From the IMG/VR virus record IMGVR_UViG_3300044797_000394, positions 92,163 through 156,162 of that record: a stretch of 64,000 bases of DNA; one strand, given 5' to 3'. How positions within the stretch are numbered: the first letter of the stretch is position 1; each line of letters starts with the position of its first letter. Made by a program: the position numbers and the translations under genes. The stretch is from a virus. This document shows, one piece after another, positions 1 through 10,319 of the stretch. The notes under the pieces were generated by a model. It did no database searches and was not told where the DNA came from. It saw only the letters and a program-made list of their open reading frames with translations.

Positions 1-2
1 CG

Positions 3-134
3 CGCGAGGAGCTCCTCCGTTGGTATAGCGTCAACCGGGCCAAGATTGACTCCATCGTGGACGTGAAGTTGAGAAATGAGCTGTTCGATGGGATTCGGGC
101 AAAGCAGTCCCATTTCATCCCGAGGAGTAACTGA
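3..134 (+). CDS. partial CDS (3' end), hypothetical
   Basis: Open frame REELLRWYSVN...FIPRSN* from window edge, ending 3 nt before next ATG. Confidence 0.55.
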   Translation, partial: REELLRWYSVNRAKIDSIVDVKLRNELFDGIRAKQSHFIPRSN

Positions 135-137
135 ATC

Positions 138-725
138 ATGGCATACGATAGTGACTTTTTCAAAGCCTATGCCGAGTACCTGGAAGAGTACTCGGTTCGC
201 GAGAGTCACAGCACGGCTTTCAAGTGGTTCCGCAATCTATCCTGGCCGGATAGGCTTGAGGTTGTAGACTTGGGTTGCGGTCTGGGGGAGTTCTGGAAGT
301 ATGGGAGCTGGTCAAAGTACGTAGGCATCGACTTGGAGCCTCGCGGCGCAAACACCATTCAGGGCGATTATCGCAAAATCAACCTGAACACGGACCTCCC
401 ATTCAAACCGAACACGTTTATCAGCCTGTTTTCGATTGAACCGTGCAACTACCCCGAGGAGCGGTACGAGATCTACCGTAACCTGTTTGACAAAAACCCC
501 TCAATTCAGTACGGATTGTCGGCTGGATTCTACTACGCCGATCGCATAGAGCAAGAGCAGGTTACGGAAAGTGGCGATATCGTCAGCCATCAGAGTATTC
601 AACCGCTCGCATTGTATTCGGCAGGCGGTCTCTTCACGGAGCAGTGGCTTACACTTCGAACTCCGTCGAAGATGTTCGGGAGTGACGTTGTCGAGGTTTG
701 GAAGGCCTTTCGTCGTCGGGATTGA
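138..725 (+). CDS. class I SAM-dependent methyltransferase
   Basis: Motif I VVDLGCGLG, then YVGIDL; GGAG SD upstream. Confidence 0.75.
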   Translation: MAYDSDFFKAYAEYLEEYSVRESHSTAFKWFRNLSWPDRLEVVDLGCGLGEFWKYGSWSKYVGIDLEPRGANTIQGDYRKINLNTDLPFKPNTFISLFSIEPCNYPEERYEIYRNLFDKNPSIQYGLSAGFYYADRIEQEQVTESGDIVSHQSIQPLALYSAGGLFTEQWLTLRTPSKMFGSDVVEVWKAFRRRD

Positions 726-733
726 GGCCAGGT

Positions 734-740
734 CGGTGTA
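734..740 (+). promoter_or_regulatory. CGGTGTA promoter-like motif
   Basis: 10 nt before ATG 751; motif recurs throughout window. Confidence 0.75.
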
Positions 741-750
741 GATAGGGGGT

Positions 751-1752
751 ATGACCCTAGACCTCAGCGGTATCAAAGTTGTCATCAGTCACGACAACTG
801 TGCAGATGGCAAGGCCTCTGCGATTTTGATCCACGACGCCATTCCTACGGCAGAGATTCTCTTTCACCAATACGGTAACGACGAGTACCGCAATATGAAA
901 GCGGAACCCGGGATGCTGTTCGTCGACTTTTCTCCTCCACCTGAACGGGCACAGGAGTTCGTTGACGCGGGCGCCATCGTGCTCGACCACCACAAGTCGG
1001 CAAAGGAGACGGTTGCCAAGTTCGGGAACCGGGGAGTGTTTGCTGATGAGTTGGAAAACCCAGGAGTGTGTGGGGCAACGCTCGCCTTCCGTGAAGTTTG
1101 GAAAGTTTTGAGGGGTTATCGTCGTGATGACCCCTGTATTCACGTGGCTTCATTTGATCGGCTGTCCTTGTTCGCCGAACGCTTTGCCATGTTGGCTGGA
1201 GTCTACGATACCTGGCAACGGCAATCGCCATTTTGGGAGGAAGCTCGAGCTCAAAAAGAGGTTCTGTCTTTCATGCCGTGGGAACGTTGGTCGAAGATGT
1301 ACCTTTCTGACATTAGTGAGAACTGGCGAGCCCAATTTCAGTGGGTGGGGGAGGTACTCATTGAAAAAGATGACCAATCCACGGAAAAAACGGTGAAAGG
1401 GGCCCGTCGCTTTACTACGAGTCGGGGAACTCGCGTCGCAATCTTCGAGGGGTCCACGAAGTCAAGCAGCGTAGCGGAGTATATCGGTTCGGACGCTGAC
1501 CTTGCGGCAGGATTTAGCTTCTTCGAGGAGGATACCGATCAAGGTCGGGTCACCAAGATGGTTGTTTCTACACGGAGTCGCACAACGTACAATTGTTCGG
1601 CGCTCGCCAAGTTATACGGGGGCGGCGGGCATACGAAGGCGGCCGGCTTCAACATTACCCTGCACCCCAACACGGGTAATCCCTACGCCGTGATTGAGTA
1701 CCTCATTGAAGAATTCGAGCGGGCACCGTCGGTGTATGGGAACAACTTATGA
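751..1752 (+). CDS. DHH/DHHA1 family phosphoesterase
   Basis: SHDNCADG, FVDFS, VLDHHKS, C-terminal GGGGHTKAAGF. Confidence 0.85.
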   Translation: MTLDLSGIKVVISHDNCADGKASAILIHDAIPTAEILFHQYGNDEYRNMKAEPGMLFVDFSPPPERAQEFVDAGAIVLDHHKSAKETVAKFGNRGVFADELENPGVCGATLAFREVWKVLRGYRRDDPCIHVASFDRLSLFAERFAMLAGVYDTWQRQSPFWEEARAQKEVLSFMPWERWSKMYLSDISENWRAQFQWVGEVLIEKDDQSTEKTVKGARRFTTSRGTRVAIFEGSTKSSSVAEYIGSDADLAAGFSFFEEDTDQGRVTKMVVSTRSRTTYNCSALAKLYGGGGHTKAAGFNITLHPNTGNPYAVIEYLIEEFERAPSVYGNNL

Positions 1753-3350
1753 TCAAAACAGGTGACAACTTACTTCTGTTAGAAGAGTTGGATGCGTTAA
1801 CTATCCAGTTCATTTATGCGGATCCCCCATTCGGAAAAGGGAAAAGGCACAACCTCATCGATGATAGCGAAGCCCACGAGAAAGCGTACCAAGACACGTG
1901 GTCGTGGTCGGAATCGGATATGAGGGACTACCGCGAATTCGAAGAGAAAGTCAACAAGAGCCCGGTTGAAATTCGCTTGTGGAGCTATTACGAACACATA
2001 CGTCAATGCGCCGATCCGGACTCTTTGGCCTATATCTTTCGGATGGGGCCTAGATTGATCCAGTGTCATCGCGTGCTCACGTCCACTGGTACGATCGCGG
2101 TCCATTGTAGTCCCACGTACTCACATCGTTTGCGCGAGGTTTTGGATGCTATTTTCGGAGCGGACCATTTCGTTTCTGAGATCGTATGGAAACGGTCGAA
2201 TGGTCACAGTGACGGACATCGACCTGGGGCAATGCACGATACGATCCTTATCTACTCAAAGTCTCATTCCTACACCTATAACCAGTACCTTCCTGAAGGC
2301 CTGAAAGCAAGGATCAAGAGGCACTACCGACACAAGGATGATAACGGTCGATTGTACTCTTTAGATAACCCTACCGCCAATGGCCTCGATGGAGGTGGGT
2401 ACTCCTACGAATGGAAGGGAGTTTTTCGGCAATGGAGATTCTCTAAAGAGAGAATGGAGGAGCTTGATCGACTTGGTCGACTTCAGGATCCAAAACGACC
2501 TAAAGGTGTAGTCAGAATTAAACGGTTCTTGGATGAGCACAAGGGGGTGGTGGTACAGGATCTGTGGACTGACATACCGTACGTGTCATATTTCTCGAGG
2601 GAGAGGGTCCCCAATTACGTAGGCCAGAAACCTGTGGGATTGATATCTCGTTTGATCGAAATGTTTTCCAATCCCGGAGATCTCGTGTTGGACCCCTTTC
2701 TGGGAAGTGGCACGACTGCCATTGCGGCACAAAGACTCCGACGTCAATGGTTAGGCTTCGAACTCACCCACAAATCCGCAAAAGTCGCTTTTGAGAGGAT
2801 CTACAAAGAGTTCGGCACGTGCTGTGAAAAAAATGTATACCCCTCGGACATCGAGGACGCCCGTTACTTGGCCAAGTCTGACCCGCATGCTCTCGAGCGA
2901 TGGGTGGTACGCCAAATCAAAGGTCGTCATAGCGGAAAGAAGAGCGCGGACGGTGGTATCGATGGAACGTTGGAGCTACTCACGTTCGCGGGACCAGTGA
3001 GATTTGTGGTTCAGGTCACCGGCGGCGCCAACATTTCCGATCATTTCGGCAACTTCGTTGCAACCGTTCTGACGAAGCATAAAGCTGGGTTATACTTCGC
3101 TTTTCGGGACTCAATTACAGACAGCATGCGTGTCCGAGCGTTTAATAGTGGTAGTCTTGTACTTGAGTGTAGGGGTGATTCCTACAGTATCCCGAAAATC
3201 CAAATCGTCGAAATAGAAACTACCCTCTCACTGGGCAACTCCCCTCTGCTTCCAGGTTTGGTTGTGCCCTACAATTATGATCAGACTCATGAAGCCATGG
3301 AACGCAGGTCTAAGGAACAGATGGCAATGATGTTACAGGGTATGCTCTGA
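1749..3350 (+). CDS. N4/N6 DNA methyltransferase (beta class) with C-terminal Mrr-like nuclease-fold domain
   Basis: YADPPF, QKPVGLI, VLDPFLGSGTT; C-terminal ADGGIDG...VVQV. Confidence 0.85.
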   Translation: MIKTGDNLLLLEELDALTIQFIYADPPFGKGKRHNLIDDSEAHEKAYQDTWSWSESDMRDYREFEEKVNKSPVEIRLWSYYEHIRQCADPDSLAYIFRMGPRLIQCHRVLTSTGTIAVHCSPTYSHRLREVLDAIFGADHFVSEIVWKRSNGHSDGHRPGAMHDTILIYSKSHSYTYNQYLPEGLKARIKRHYRHKDDNGRLYSLDNPTANGLDGGGYSYEWKGVFRQWRFSKERMEELDRLGRLQDPKRPKGVVRIKRFLDEHKGVVVQDLWTDIPYVSYFSRERVPNYVGQKPVGLISRLIEMFSNPGDLVLDPFLGSGTTAIAAQRLRRQWLGFELTHKSAKVAFERIYKEFGTCCEKNVYPSDIEDARYLAKSDPHALERWVVRQIKGRHSGKKSADGGIDGTLELLTFAGPVRFVVQVTGGANISDHFGNFVATVLTKHKAGLYFAFRDSITDSMRVRAFNSGSLVLECRGDSYSIPKIQIVEIETTLSLGNSPLLPGLVVPYNYDQTHEAMERRSKEQMAMMLQGML

Positions 3351-4064
3351 ATGGCTCCCTTAGACCTCTCCGCTGGTGCTTACTTTTTCGTCTACAATTG
3401 CGACGAAGACAGTGCGATTCAAGTGCGGAAGGACGGTCACCATATTCATGATACTATCCATCTGTTGAAGCCTGGGCCCACGACTGAATGCATTTTGCTT
3501 TGTAGGAAGACTCTCACGTCGCCTACGGTCATCGATCAGGCCATATTGACTGGTACCGGGGCACTTCAAATCGACGCATGTAGGATCAGACACAACGAGC
3601 CGGTGAAGATGACGGTGCGTACGTCCGACAAGTTTTCAGGCATTATGAATGGGGGACAACTTGGTCACTTCCGCACGGAGTCCGAATTTGCTGGACCGTC
3701 TCCCCTTGGTAGATGGCCACCAAATATAATCTTTGTTCACTCCCCAGAATGCAAGCCGGGTTATACTAGAGTGGACGGTCACAGGGGATACCCGAACGGT
3801 CCAGGGGGTAGCTCGTCTCAGTTCTCCCAGAAGGGCACTGCAACGACTCGTACGGGTGCCTGGAGGGGGCACGCTGATGCCGATGGGAAGGAAACGATAC
3901 CATCATGGCAGTGCGAGTCGGGGTGCCCGGTGCGTCTCTTCGATGAGCAGACAGTTAACGTAGGGAGTATCTCCCGTTTCTTTCCGCAGTTTGCCGATCG
4001 AGAAGCTGCCGTTGATTGGCTCATTACCCTTATTCTCCCCCCTGGAACGGTGCTCTTTCGATAG
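3351..4064 (+). CDS. DNA methyltransferase-derived protein lacking catalytic motifs
   Basis: GTGALQIDACRI, GRWPPNI, SRFFPQF, LITLILPPG resemble phage MTase segments; no DPPY or FxGxG; paralog at 29004-29903. Confidence 0.55.
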   Translation: MAPLDLSAGAYFFVYNCDEDSAIQVRKDGHHIHDTIHLLKPGPTTECILLCRKTLTSPTVIDQAILTGTGALQIDACRIRHNEPVKMTVRTSDKFSGIMNGGQLGHFRTESEFAGPSPLGRWPPNIIFVHSPECKPGYTRVDGHRGYPNGPGGSSSQFSQKGTATTRTGAWRGHADADGKETIPSWQCESGCPVRLFDEQTVNVGSISRFFPQFADREAAVDWLITLILPPGTVLFR

Positions 4065-4075
4065 GTTGGGTAGGT

Positions 4076-5497
4076 GTGGATCGCATCGAATTTCGAGTTT
4101 TGAGCAGGTGGAAGTCAGCGAATGCTATCAAAATTACGATAGATCGTGACGCCACGAATAAAGCTCGTCAGCAATTCCCATCGATGACAGATCAAATCGT
4201 CGGTACGTTTGAGTCTCCGGTGAAAATGTATCGCATTTTTGATGGGGAGGAGTTGAGTCGTATTCTGCGAACGGGAAGGATTACGGGCGGGACTTACTCA
4301 GCCAAGGCGGAACGAACTCACGGAGCGTCTTGGGGGCACAACATCACGGAAGTCATTGAAATAGGGAATAAACTCAGGGGAAAACGGTACGGAGACGATC
4401 TCTTCCTCGCTCGTTTGGACGCAATGGGCGTCCGATTTCACCATTTGAATCCAAAGGTGCCCTTTGACCCGAACGGGCCACCTCATCAATCCGGGGTCAT
4501 GGAAGACTCCGCTTGCTGTTTTGGACTAGGGTGCTCGATGATTGTCGGACTTGAGGATGTCGACCTATTCGTCGTGCACTCAAATCATCAGATGGACCCA
4601 ATCTCTACGGAAGAGGCTAGAAATTACGTTGAGAAGCGACCCAAGAAGGATGTGGACCTGCGAGAAATAAATCCGCAATTATACCAGGGCTCCATTCTGG
4701 ATCATGATGTGCGGGTTTGGCTGACCGATGGTAAGTGGCAGGTCATTCTCAATGATGATCGAGTCATAGTCAATGACGCCCCGACGAAGGACGATGCGAT
4801 CGAAACAGCTAAGATTGGAATTCGCCTGCGGCCAGGGAAACCCGTGCCCACCTCCTACCAAATCCTACTCCGAAAGAAAAAGTACGAAAAGCATTTTGAG
4901 CAGGATGAGGACCCAAACAAGATTCGTGGTGACTTCTCTCTCAAGCCTAGAGATCGTGTGCTCGTTGAGAAGGGTTCTCGGGGACTAAACATTCCAGCTC
5001 ACTCGAGCGCTACCGTAGCCGACGTATATCAACGGACAGGGGATAGGACTGTTACTGTTAAGCTCATCATTGGAGACCGCCCCGTTTCTCTTTATGCCCA
5101 ACACCCCAACCGTCTTGGGGACCCTGAAATTGCATTGATGAATAGTGGTGGTGACCGCATCTTGATCCGAAAGAAAGCCACTATGAGTAAGCTCACCCTC
5201 AAAGTTGCTGCCCGCTATGCCGCCGAGCATGGCGGTTTGGATGTCGGGTACGGTCCCGCTGGTACGGGGCTGACGTACCAGGCCGAGTTTGACCCCACTA
5301 CGAAGTGCTTCAAATGTGGTAAGGATGCCAGGCTAGCTATTACCATCAAGGAGAAGCCGGGCGGGGATGCTGTGTGCCACCTGTACGACAATCATGATGA
5401 GGGCAAGTTCTGGCTTCACGATTTGGCAGCCTACGCCATTTATCTCTGTCCTGATGTCGATTGTGCTGAAGCCACCACCCTATGGAATCAAGGATGA
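4076..5497 (+). CDS. hypothetical protein with RVAARF-like motifs (putative virion protein)
   Basis: Long ORF; FRVLSRW near N-terminus, LKVAARY before Cys-containing C-terminal domain. Confidence 0.6.
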   Translation: MDRIEFRVLSRWKSANAIKITIDRDATNKARQQFPSMTDQIVGTFESPVKMYRIFDGEELSRILRTGRITGGTYSAKAERTHGASWGHNITEVIEIGNKLRGKRYGDDLFLARLDAMGVRFHHLNPKVPFDPNGPPHQSGVMEDSACCFGLGCSMIVGLEDVDLFVVHSNHQMDPISTEEARNYVEKRPKKDVDLREINPQLYQGSILDHDVRVWLTDGKWQVILNDDRVIVNDAPTKDDAIETAKIGIRLRPGKPVPTSYQILLRKKKYEKHFEQDEDPNKIRGDFSLKPRDRVLVEKGSRGLNIPAHSSATVADVYQRTGDRTVTVKLIIGDRPVSLYAQHPNRLGDPEIALMNSGGDRILIRKKATMSKLTLKVAARYAAEHGGLDVGYGPAGTGLTYQAEFDPTTKCFKCGKDARLAITIKEKPGGDAVCHLYDNHDEGKFWLHDLAAYAIYLCPDVDCAEATTLWNQG

Positions 5498-6888
5498 ACG
5501 ATATTGATCCTGAGTGGGGCATCGCCGCCCTCGAGTGGTGCCGTAGCCAACCCATGAGCGCATGCTCGGGGGAGGACGGTCTTGAGGACGTAATCTACGA
5601 CGACGTCGCTCCGACCGACGCAATCTCAGCCAGAGTTGCCGCACGAGTTTTGATCGCCAGGGGGTTCTTCGCCCCCGGGGACGAAATTGTATTCGGGAAG
5701 TACAAGAACAAGCACGGCATCATCGAGCGCATTTGGGCCGATGATCGTGGACACCCGATGATTGAGATTCGTCCAGTCCCACAAGGCCGCAAAAAGAACA
5801 AGATCATGGGTCTCTACAAGATCTGGCACGACCCCGACCCGCCCGACCCCGAAGAAGAAGAGAAGAAGACGGCTGCCGAACGAGTCGTTGAGCGCTATGC
5901 GGCGTCCGTAGTTCTCGAGAAGAAGTTTGGTCGATTCAAGGTGATTTATCTGAAGCAGCACGAAGAACACGTGGACAAGCTGGGTGCTTTGCTCGAGGAA
6001 GCGGAGCGTATGTACGCCGCTGCTGGTGTCCCCATCGTTCACGATATTTCGTCTGTACTAAGCGGGCGAGGTGCTTCCCATGCCGGCGCACTTTACACAA
6101 TGGGTAGTGTGCCTCCTACCATTCAGTTTGCACCGAAGTCCTACGAGGATCCTAAACTTATCCATACGGTCATTCATGAGCTTGGACACTACTGCCACGA
6201 TAAGGTGGTGCCAGGTGGAATTAATAACTCAGCAATCATCAGTAAGCACATGTGGGCTGTTCGTCAGAAGTCGACCGGTAAAAGCAACAAGGTTGACATT
6301 CTGAACCGAAAAATGAAGGCTCTGAATGAAGCGTATTCCCGACTGAGTGAGGAGCAAAACAAGCGAAAGCCATTGCCACGCAAGGGACAGGTATTTGAAT
6401 ACGATACGTGGGTCAATGGTGTGCAGTACCATGTGAAGGGTCGCATCGTTGGTAAGGCGGATAGTCGCACTGTCAACGTGGAGGTCATTGACGCCCCAGA
6501 GGCTTATATCAAGCGTCAGCAAATCTACCGACGAGGCCCTGGACCCTTAATTGTGCCTGAATCCGTCGATTCCCTTACCTATGCTGGTAAAGACGAAGCC
6601 AAAGAGGCGGAACTCAAAAAGGTTGAGGAAGAAAGGCATACGGTTTACGTAGAGTTGTCCTCCCTCATAAAGAGTGGCGAAGGACGGAGTGACTACAAAA
6701 CCCATCTACATGATTGGGTCCCCACGAACTATGCCCGTAAGAACCACATGGAGTATTTTGCAGAGATGATGACCACCTACATTCTTGGTCATCTAAAACC
6801 AGAACCGTCCGAGTGGCTCAAGAGTGTTGTCAAGACGGGTAAAGCTCCCGAGGCGCCTGAACCCGTACCCACAGAAGAGCCCGAATGA
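5494..6888 (+). CDS. zincin-type metallopeptidase domain protein with RVAARF-like motifs
   Basis: VIHELGH (HExxH), distal TNYARKNHMEYFAE; ARVAARV, ERVVERY. Confidence 0.7.
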   Translation: MNDIDPEWGIAALEWCRSQPMSACSGEDGLEDVIYDDVAPTDAISARVAARVLIARGFFAPGDEIVFGKYKNKHGIIERIWADDRGHPMIEIRPVPQGRKKNKIMGLYKIWHDPDPPDPEEEEKKTAAERVVERYAASVVLEKKFGRFKVIYLKQHEEHVDKLGALLEEAERMYAAAGVPIVHDISSVLSGRGASHAGALYTMGSVPPTIQFAPKSYEDPKLIHTVIHELGHYCHDKVVPGGINNSAIISKHMWAVRQKSTGKSNKVDILNRKMKALNEAYSRLSEEQNKRKPLPRKGQVFEYDTWVNGVQYHVKGRIVGKADSRTVNVEVIDAPEAYIKRQQIYRRGPGPLIVPESVDSLTYAGKDEAKEAELKKVEEERHTVYVELSSLIKSGEGRSDYKTHLHDWVPTNYARKNHMEYFAEMMTTYILGHLKPEPSEWLKSVVKTGKAPEAPEPVPTEEPE

Positions 6889-7619
6889 GGTTCCTTGTTG
6901 TTGCCCGCGCCCGGTCGAAAGGGCTTGTCAGTGAGGAGCGACAGCTTCGGTCTCGCAGTCGACGACTGAGCCGTGTCCGATCCTCCATGGAAGCGCTTCA
7001 AGCCAAAGTCAAGCGAGACCTACGCTCGAGCGATCCCAATCGTTTTCTCACCGCGTTGGCGGTCGGACTCATGGCTGAGACGAGCGAGGACCCCGTCTTC
7101 TCTTGGCGGAAGAAGAACGTCCAGCTCGATGATCGAGAGGCGTACTTCCGAGCCAAGGGGAAACGCAAGCCCATCACCAACGCATCGATCGTCAGAGCTT
7201 TGGCGGATGCCTACGAAGCGGTCGAGGATGTGGACGACGAGCTCTTTGCACACGACACGGGTCGCGTGACGGCGGACATGGTGAACGAATACCTGGGCGG
7301 ATTCAAGCTCAATATGAGTGATATCCGAGGGTTCAACGCCAATAGAATCATGTCTTCCAAGTTGTCTCAGGTTCGATCTGAGGGTCCCGAACTCCCAAGG
7401 CAAAAACGATCAAGAACGAAGCTCCTTCAAGGGGAGTTCCTCAAGGCACTCGAAGCCACTGCGGAAGAGGTAGGACTCGAGGCCGACATGATCCGATTTA
7501 ATTGCCTTGATCCGGGAATGGAAGCCGCCTACCTCGACAATGGAACCCTGGAGAAAACAGCCTCTTTGGATCCGCTGACCGTGAAGGTTGCGAGTCGGTT
7601 TCAGAAACTCCACGGATAG
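6885..7619 (+). CDS. DNA topoisomerase IB-like protein, apparently catalytically degenerate
   Basis: KVKRDL, ALAVGLMAET, FRAKG, VTADMVNEYL, SDIRGFNAN, RFNCLDP follow TopIB order; catalytic Tyr position appears to be Cys. Confidence 0.6.
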   Translation: MRFLVVARARSKGLVSEERQLRSRSRRLSRVRSSMEALQAKVKRDLRSSDPNRFLTALAVGLMAETSEDPVFSWRKKNVQLDDREAYFRAKGKRKPITNASIVRALADAYEAVEDVDDELFAHDTGRVTADMVNEYLGGFKLNMSDIRGFNANRIMSSKLSQVRSEGPELPRQKRSRTKLLQGEFLKALEATAEEVGLEADMIRFNCLDPGMEAAYLDNGTLEKTASLDPLTVKVASRFQKLHG

Positions 7620-7718
7620 TTCACTTTAGTTTTGAGGGTACGTAACAGAACCTCGTCTTGATGCGTCGAGAACGGTGTACTCTAAGAACGAACCCCAACC
7701 ACAACCCAGGAAATCAGG

Positions 7719-8798
7719 ATGCACTACCTCACCCCCACCAAGGAAACGGCTCACGTCGTCATCTTCTACCGCGACTTCAAGTCCTACGGTGGAGACTACG
7801 AGGATTACAACAGCGAAGGCGGCAAGTGCCATCGCGGTCTCGGTGTCAACGCCCTTCACACGGCCAAGGTCCTCCGCAAGGCGGGGGTCCGATGCGATAT
7901 CGCGCCCGTCTGGAACATCGACTCCGTTCGCAAGGCACTCCAGAAGTACATGCCAACTCACGCGATCGTCGAGGCCTTCTGGATCAAAGCTCCGGACATG
8001 TCCACGCTTCTCACGGAGTTCCCCAGCGTCCACTTCGTCGTCCGTTGCCACAGTCAGATCGGCTTCCTCCAAGTCGAGCCGGGCGCCATCAAGATTCTCC
8101 GGGATATGCTCCTCCTGCAAGAAGTCCAACTCAATCTCACCGTCTCGGCAAATACGCTGCGTCTCAAGCAGTTCATCGATCGTACGTACAAGAGCCGATG
8201 CTTGCTCTTGCCGAATCTCTACAACGTCGATCGCGAGAACCGCAAGCCCGGTGTCAGCCATGATCATCGGAGCCTTCGCATCGGCTGCTTCGGCGCCCAT
8301 CGTCTGTTGAAGAATCACACGACCTCGGCCGCTGCCGCTCTCATGATGGCGAATCGACGCGGTTCCGACCTCGAATTTTACGTGAATTCGGGTCGCACGG
8401 AGAACCCTCAGAGCAAGAGCATCATGCTTGCGCTAAACAACATGTTCAACAATCTTCGCTGGGCGAAGATTGTTCAGGTTCCATGGGAAGAGTGGAGCCA
8501 GTTCCGACTGACCGTCTCCCATATGGACCTCGTCGTTCAAGCCTCATTCACAGAAACTTTTAACATAGTGACGGCCGACGCGGTTTCCGAAGGAGTTCCG
8601 GCCGTCGTAGGTCCCGCCATCGAATGGGTTCCCGAATCATGGCAGGCAGATCCGGACGATGCCGATGACATCGCTCGAGTCGGCTCGGCTCTCCTCTGGG
8701 ACACCGGCAGCGCCGCCGAGGGTCTCTGCGCCCTCGAAAAGTACGTTTCCGAGGGTCTCTGCAAATGGCTGAAATATCTGGACAGTAACCCCACGTAA
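7719..8798 (+). CDS. GT-B (GT4-like) glycosyltransferase
   Basis: SFTETFNIVTADAVSEGVPAV signature; LKNH; CGGTGTA at 7673-7679. Confidence 0.75.
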   Translation: MHYLTPTKETAHVVIFYRDFKSYGGDYEDYNSEGGKCHRGLGVNALHTAKVLRKAGVRCDIAPVWNIDSVRKALQKYMPTHAIVEAFWIKAPDMSTLLTEFPSVHFVVRCHSQIGFLQVEPGAIKILRDMLLLQEVQLNLTVSANTLRLKQFIDRTYKSRCLLLPNLYNVDRENRKPGVSHDHRSLRIGCFGAHRLLKNHTTSAAAALMMANRRGSDLEFYVNSGRTENPQSKSIMLALNNMFNNLRWAKIVQVPWEEWSQFRLTVSHMDLVVQASFTETFNIVTADAVSEGVPAVVGPAIEWVPESWQADPDDADDIARVGSALLWDTGSAAEGLCALEKYVSEGLCKWLKYLDSNPT

Positions 8799-8826
8799 TC
8801 TGACGATTACGATTTCGGGTCGGTGT

Positions 8827-8860
8827 AAGGGCTCGTCGGAACATCCGACGAGCCCTTTTT
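8827..8860 (+). terminator. intrinsic terminator
   Basis: AAGGGCTCGTCGGA-ACA-TCCGACGAGCCCTT perfect stem with T-run, after glycosyltransferase. Confidence 0.8.
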
Positions 8861-8967
8861 CATTTGGGAGTGTGAAATTCGTCGATGAACCTCTAATCAA
8901 TACGACAGTTTCATCTACGTACGTGCGCGCTCACGCGCACGTGACCAAACCCCAAGACGGAGCGCCA

Positions 8968-10296
8968 ATGTCCTTAGTATGGAGTGAGAGTGATCTTCGT
9001 GTTGCCAAACTCATCTTGTCGAAGTACCCCATCTACCAATTCAGGGAAGCCCTGAAGGAGATCCAGGACAACGTTGACCACCCGGTCACCCAAGGGGCAC
9101 TGAGAGCCGCGTTTCAGCGAAACAAGCTGAACGCCCCCTCCTCCTACTGCAAGGAACTCAGCCCTTCCGAGGAAGAGCTCCTCGATGATAAAGAAGAAAA
9201 GAAGGCCTACGAGGGCGATGATGACGAGCCCGACTTCGACCCGGTGGAGCGAAGGGAACAGCAAGAAGAAATCTCTCGGGACAAGAGGCAGATCCGACAG
9301 CTCGTCGACCAGCTACGTGAGGCCCGCGCTCGACAGTCGTTCATCGACGTTGTACATAGCTTCAAGGCGCCGCCCCGTATCATGCCTCGAGAGAAGAACT
9401 CGGGTGTGAGAGAAATGACAGCCGTAGCCCTATGTTCCGATTGGCACGTTGAAGAGCCGGTTGAACCGGAGAGCGTTGCCTATCGTAACGAGTATAACCT
9501 CGATATCGCCGATCATAGAATTCGCCGCTTGTTTGATGGAATCATTTGGAACATCGAGCACCATCGTGCGAGCAAGCGACTCACCATCAACGATCTGGTG
9601 CTCTGGCTTGGTGGCGATTTAATGACCGGCTACATTCACGAGGAACTGGTTGAAACGAATGCCCTCTCGCCCACGGAAACGATTCGATGGCTACTCCCTA
9701 GAATTCGTGATGGGATTTGGACCCTTCTGAATCGCCTCGACTTTGCCCATATCGAGGTTCCGTGTTCTTACGGTAATCACGGAAGGACGACTGCAAAGCC
9801 TCGAATCTCCTCTGGATTTGCAAATAGTTTTGAGTGGCTCATGTACCACTCCCTGGCGGATGAGTTCCGCAATGAGAAACGGATTCACTTCGAAATCACC
9901 AACTCCCCACACCAGTACGTTCAGGTCTACGATTGGACTCTTCACTTCCACCACGGTGACGATGTGAAGTACATGGGTGGGGTCGGTGGACTCGGCATTC
10001 CGTTGCTCAAGTCCCTACCAATGTGGGACCTTGTCAAAAGGGCCGACGTCCACAACATAGGGCACCATCACTCCCTACTTGACTATGGTAGAGCCGTAGT
10101 CAATGGGTCGCTCATTGGGTACGGGCCTTACAGCCAACGTATCAGAGCAGCTTTCGAAGTTCCCCAACAAGCCATGTACTACATGGATAAAAAACGCGGG
10201 AAATCGATGTTGACCTCTCTCTGGGTCGACGAGGAGGCTCCCAATCAGCTACACGGTGTTCCACCTCAGCCATTGGAAGATCTTACCGACCGATAA
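8968..10296 (+). CDS. calcineurin-like metallophosphoesterase
   Basis: SDWH, GGDL, GNHG, HHGD, GHHH motifs; GGAG SD before 8968. Confidence 0.8.
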   Translation: MSLVWSESDLRVAKLILSKYPIYQFREALKEIQDNVDHPVTQGALRAAFQRNKLNAPSSYCKELSPSEEELLDDKEEKKAYEGDDDEPDFDPVERREQQEEISRDKRQIRQLVDQLREARARQSFIDVVHSFKAPPRIMPREKNSGVREMTAVALCSDWHVEEPVEPESVAYRNEYNLDIADHRIRRLFDGIIWNIEHHRASKRLTINDLVLWLGGDLMTGYIHEELVETNALSPTETIRWLLPRIRDGIWTLLNRLDFAHIEVPCSYGNHGRTTAKPRISSGFANSFEWLMYHSLADEFRNEKRIHFEITNSPHQYVQVYDWTLHFHHGDDVKYMGGVGGLGIPLLKSLPMWDLVKRADVHNIGHHHSLLDYGRAVVNGSLIGYGPYSQRIRAAFEVPQQAMYYMDKKRGKSMLTSLWVDEEAPNQLHGVPPQPLEDLTDR

Positions 10297-10319
10297 CCTT
10301 TGGTGCTAAGCTTAGGGAC

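Noticed and set aside
7626-8318. Long antisense and alternative-frame ORFs (also 55993-56796, 17301-17840, 42212-42931)
   Set aside because: They shadow well-supported genes with strong codon bias and have no motifs.
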